Assembly (NCBI GenBank): GCA_048213135.1
Contig: PS015061.1
Coordinates: forward strand, 31,172 to 95,171
DNA: 64,000 nt
Origin: Reclinomonas americana ATCC 50394
Taxonomy: Eukaryota
Reading direction: 5' to 3'
The notes beneath the pieces are model-generated. The model made no database searches and was not told where the DNA came from. It saw only the letters and a program-made list of their open reading frames with translations. Position 1 is the stretch's first letter. Each line of letters starts with the position of its first letter. Both the position numbers and the translations under genes were made by a program. Shown here piece after piece: positions 60,501 through 64,000 of the stretch.

Positions 60501-62323
60501 CAGGTTGCCGTGGGTGACCTTCATCAGCGACTGCAGCGCGTACTTGACACGCTCGCCACGCAGACTGTCCTCCAGATCCAACAGCGGGGTAAGCACGGCA
60601 AAGTACGGCTTGAAGTGCTCGGCGTCGTACATGTTCACGCCCTCCGCAATCACGTCGATCACCAGGTGCGAGTAGCGGAAGTGCTCCCAGCACGTGTGCA
60701 GCACGATGCGAGAAATGGCCTCCACATTCATGTTGTCCTTGATGGCGTGCGGGAAGAAGTGCTGAGCGTGTGCACGCAAGAGCAGTGAGTGAAAGGGTGC
60801 GGTTCTTTGCGCGAAGTGGGGCAACAGGGCGTACCTTGCTGAACAGGGCCTCCTTGTCGCGCTCGCTCAACTCCAACACCTCGCCCTCACGCGCCGACGG
60901 CGGCATGCCGTGCTCGGCAAACACGTCGGTCTTGCACGACTCGACCAGCACCGCAAACATGCCAATCATGTGCTTCAAGTTTGGCGGGCTGATCTTGTCG
61001 CCCATCTTGTACGGCTTGCGGTCGACAAACTCGGTGACCTCGGCCCAGAACGGTGACTCGTCTTGCAGGTAGAAGTGGATGAAGCGAGCAATGAAGCTGC
61101 GCTGCAGCAGGTACATGCGCTGTGCACGAATACACAAAGAAAGTGAGTGTGCAGCGCAAGTTGCGAGAATTACAACAGTGCGGTTACCAACCTCGACGGT
61201 GCCCAGCTTGGCAATCTCCTCAAAGAGGTAGAAGTACTCGGCAATGTGGCGCCAGTTGTAGCACGCGTAGCGCACCAACTCAAAGGTCGAATCCACAAAG
61301 CGCAACGCAATCGAGTTGTAGACACCGTCGTCGCGCAGCGAGAAGAACGGATCGTCGGAGGAGTCCACCTCCGGCGTGCTGACGTCGCTTTCATCGCGCG
61401 GCGGGTGCACCCACTCCAGAGCATGCTGCGAGCGCGCGCATTTTTGAGTGGACTGGATACCGAGGGGGGAAAATGACACAAAAAATCGCCGATATACGGT
61501 ACCTCACGCTCCAGATCGAACACAGTCTTGAAAATGTTGCGAATCAAGTCGGCAAAGCCGCGACGAGTGTCGGCCACCGTGCAGCTCATGAACATGTGCG
61601 CCAGCCACGCCTGGTGCTCCGTGAGGTGCTCCAGCAAGTGAGCCGATGCCTACACACATGGCATGCAGCGATGAGTGTCGGGGAAAACGAGTGAAAGAGA
61701 ACTGCGACTTTGCGGCGCACCGGCACGTGCTTCTGGTACAGATTGGAGAGCAAGCGAATCCAGCGGGGGAATGCAGACTTGTCCTTGGCGTGCGACAGCA
61801 CCTCGACCAAGAAGCGCGTGGCCAAATCCAGCGAGAGAGCGCCCGTGTCGCCCTCGACAATCGGGCCCAATTCTGAGACACGCAAGAGGTGAGTGATGAG
61901 AGACAGAGAGAGAACGAGAGAGAGAGAGAGATGCAGCCAGCACAAACCGAGTTGAGGCGGCACGGTGAGTCCACTGATAAAGTTCCACATGAACTCAAAG
62001 TACTGCTTGTCGAACACGTTCTTGTCCTCCAGGAAGCTCATGTTCTCCACCCACACGTTGTTGAAGATCTCGCGCGGCACAATGTCCGACACCGTGCGAG
62101 CCTGCGCACCAGCGTACAGCTCACGCACCGGCATGGGGATCACGTCCTCGCGCATCGGCACCGGCTGCTTGCGTTGATAGAAGAGCATGTAGGCGTTGTA
62201 CTGCTTGGCGACCACACGCGGCACCTGCTTGCGCTGCACGGCATCGTACTGCATCGTGTGCTCAATGCCGCCAAAGGTGTAGGGACCAATCGACTGCACG
62301 CACAAAAGCAAAAGGAATGATGT

Positions 62324-62360
<37 letters not shown>

Positions 62361-64000
62361 AAAGAACCACTCGTGCATCCATCATCACTCGCCTTCTCAT
62401 CAAATCGGTCGACGTACGTGTCGTTGAACTGGTACCACTTGCGCTCACCCGAGCCGTCAAGCGCCTCACGCTCCTTGATGAACGAGTAGTAGTGACCCGA
62501 GTCGGCAGTTCCCGTGTGCACCAGCACACCGACCAGCTCGTACTGGTAGTACGCCGGATCGCGTTTCAGAGCCGCCTGCAGGCCCTCGTCCTGCTGCTGC
62601 TCCGCCGCTGCAGCAACAACAACAACAACAACAACAACACCAGTGAGATGGCCTGTTCCACCACCACCATACACTCTCTCTTCAAGCACGCAACTCAATC
62701 CCTCGCGCTTCGCCAGACCCTCCTTGGTGTACGGCTCCATGTCGAGCTCCATCGGGAACTCAAAGTAGTCGTTGACCTTGATCTTCTTCATCTGATCCAG
62801 GTCGAACTCGAAGCGCTTGAGGTGGAGAATGAGGTTGTTGGGCAGATCCTTGATGCACACGCGCTTGAGGGCGTCGATCTTGGTGTCGTACTTGTCACAC
62901 TGGTATTTGTTGTCGCCATCCAGCGTCTCGCCACCGACAAACGCCTCCAGCGCCTCAGCCAGGTTCTTCTTGTTCTTCACCGGCAGGCACACCGTGAAGC
63001 ACGGCTCGTCACGCTCGCCCACATACGGGTACTCCGGCTCCTTGCTGATGATCTGGTTGACCTGCACACCACCAAAGAACTGGCGCAGCAGCTCCTTGTA
63101 GCCCGTGCGCTCCAGCGCGTTCTCCATCTTGTCGAACAGCGAGTTGAAGAACTCGTCCACATCCATCTGCTGCGCCGTGTTGACCGGCTGTCCGTCGTAG
63201 TCCTTGTACGACTTGCAGAACGGCAGCGTGTCGTAGTACTTCTTCTCGCTCTCCTGCAGCGAGCCGAACATGAGCTGCAACTGGTACAGCAGCGACTCGT
63301 TCTTCTCCTCCGGCGTCTCGTAGTCGTCGTCCGACATGGCCAGCAGCGAGAGGCGGAATTGCGGAATCATAAACAGCTGCTGCATGAGCGAGTTCATGTA
63401 GCACGTGCAGCCTTGGTTCTTGAGACCGACGTAGCCGCTCTCGCTCTTCTCCATAAACTCGGGCGAGTAGTGCCACTGACTGGTGCGCTTGTCACCTGTG
63501 TGTCGTCGACTGGTGAGCTGACGGACGCACGCAAGCACACTTGTGTTACTCGGTGACAAACCTCCCACTTGCTGCTCCATCAGCAAGTACGACAGCTCGG
63601 CAAAATTGCGCGGCGTGTCCTTGGTCAGCGTCTCCAGCAGGCGGAAGGCCGCGTGGCGGCTGGCACGGGTCTTGCACTTGGGTGCTGCGTACGCACCGTG
63701 GTCGTCGGCTGTCGGAATGGCAAACAGGCACTCGTTGAAAATGTACTTGATGACGCCGGCACTGTCACAGCAGCACGCACGTGAGTGAGTGAGTGAGGGC
63801 GGATGCCTCGACTGGCGTAGCAGACGCAACTGTACTTCCGAGCCGACCATCTCGCGCAGGTCGGGTGAGACATCGAGAAGCGCGCGCAGCACGTCCATCA
63901 GGCCAATCAGCGAGTGATCCACCAGCGCCGTGTTGAGTCGCGACTCAAACGTGGCGTGCGACAAAATCGTCTGCACCAGCTGCTCCACCAGCGCCGGAAT
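57519..64000 (-). CDS. Ubiquitin-specific protease of the USP9/USP24/USP34 family (5' part lies outside the window)
   Basis: Cys box GYVGLKNQGCTCYMNSLMQQL, QQMDVDEFF, LHLKRFEFD, His box VHTGTADSGHYYSFI, WYQFND, NAYMLFYQR, then a long helical C-terminus. About 17 introns join in frame; stop TGA 57519. Confidence 0.93.

Overview
This is GC-rich, gene-dense, intron-rich eukaryotic nuclear DNA, probably from a protist; the organism cannot be identified from the sequence. It is a gapped draft with microsatellite-filled introns. About 21 protein-coding genes can be supported. Recognisable ones are a 3-beta-HSD/NSDHL-like reductase, a partial mitochondrial aminopeptidase P, partial pinin, a DUF4436-like membrane protein, SVIP-like, WDR54-like, COX4-like, a GRAM/PH protein, MPLKIP-like, a 5'-nucleotidase, a zinc-finger putative transcription factor and a partial USP9/24/34-family deubiquitinase. 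Three observations stand out. (1) Many inferred introns use the donor GTTGCG(T), which looks like the common GTGCGT donor shifted by one base and almost never has G at exon position -1. (2) Two intronless WD40 paralogues differ mainly at binding-face positions and share a C-terminal module (YxHxxxExLxxRxA...LPxxVxRCFLxEEAE) with an unrelated head-to-head neighbour. (3) A tandem pair of STAND-NTPase/TPR (NLR-like) genes has near-identical introns but strongly diverged TPR patches. All gene models were spliced by eye without transcript evidence, and family calls come from recalled motifs rather than database searches.
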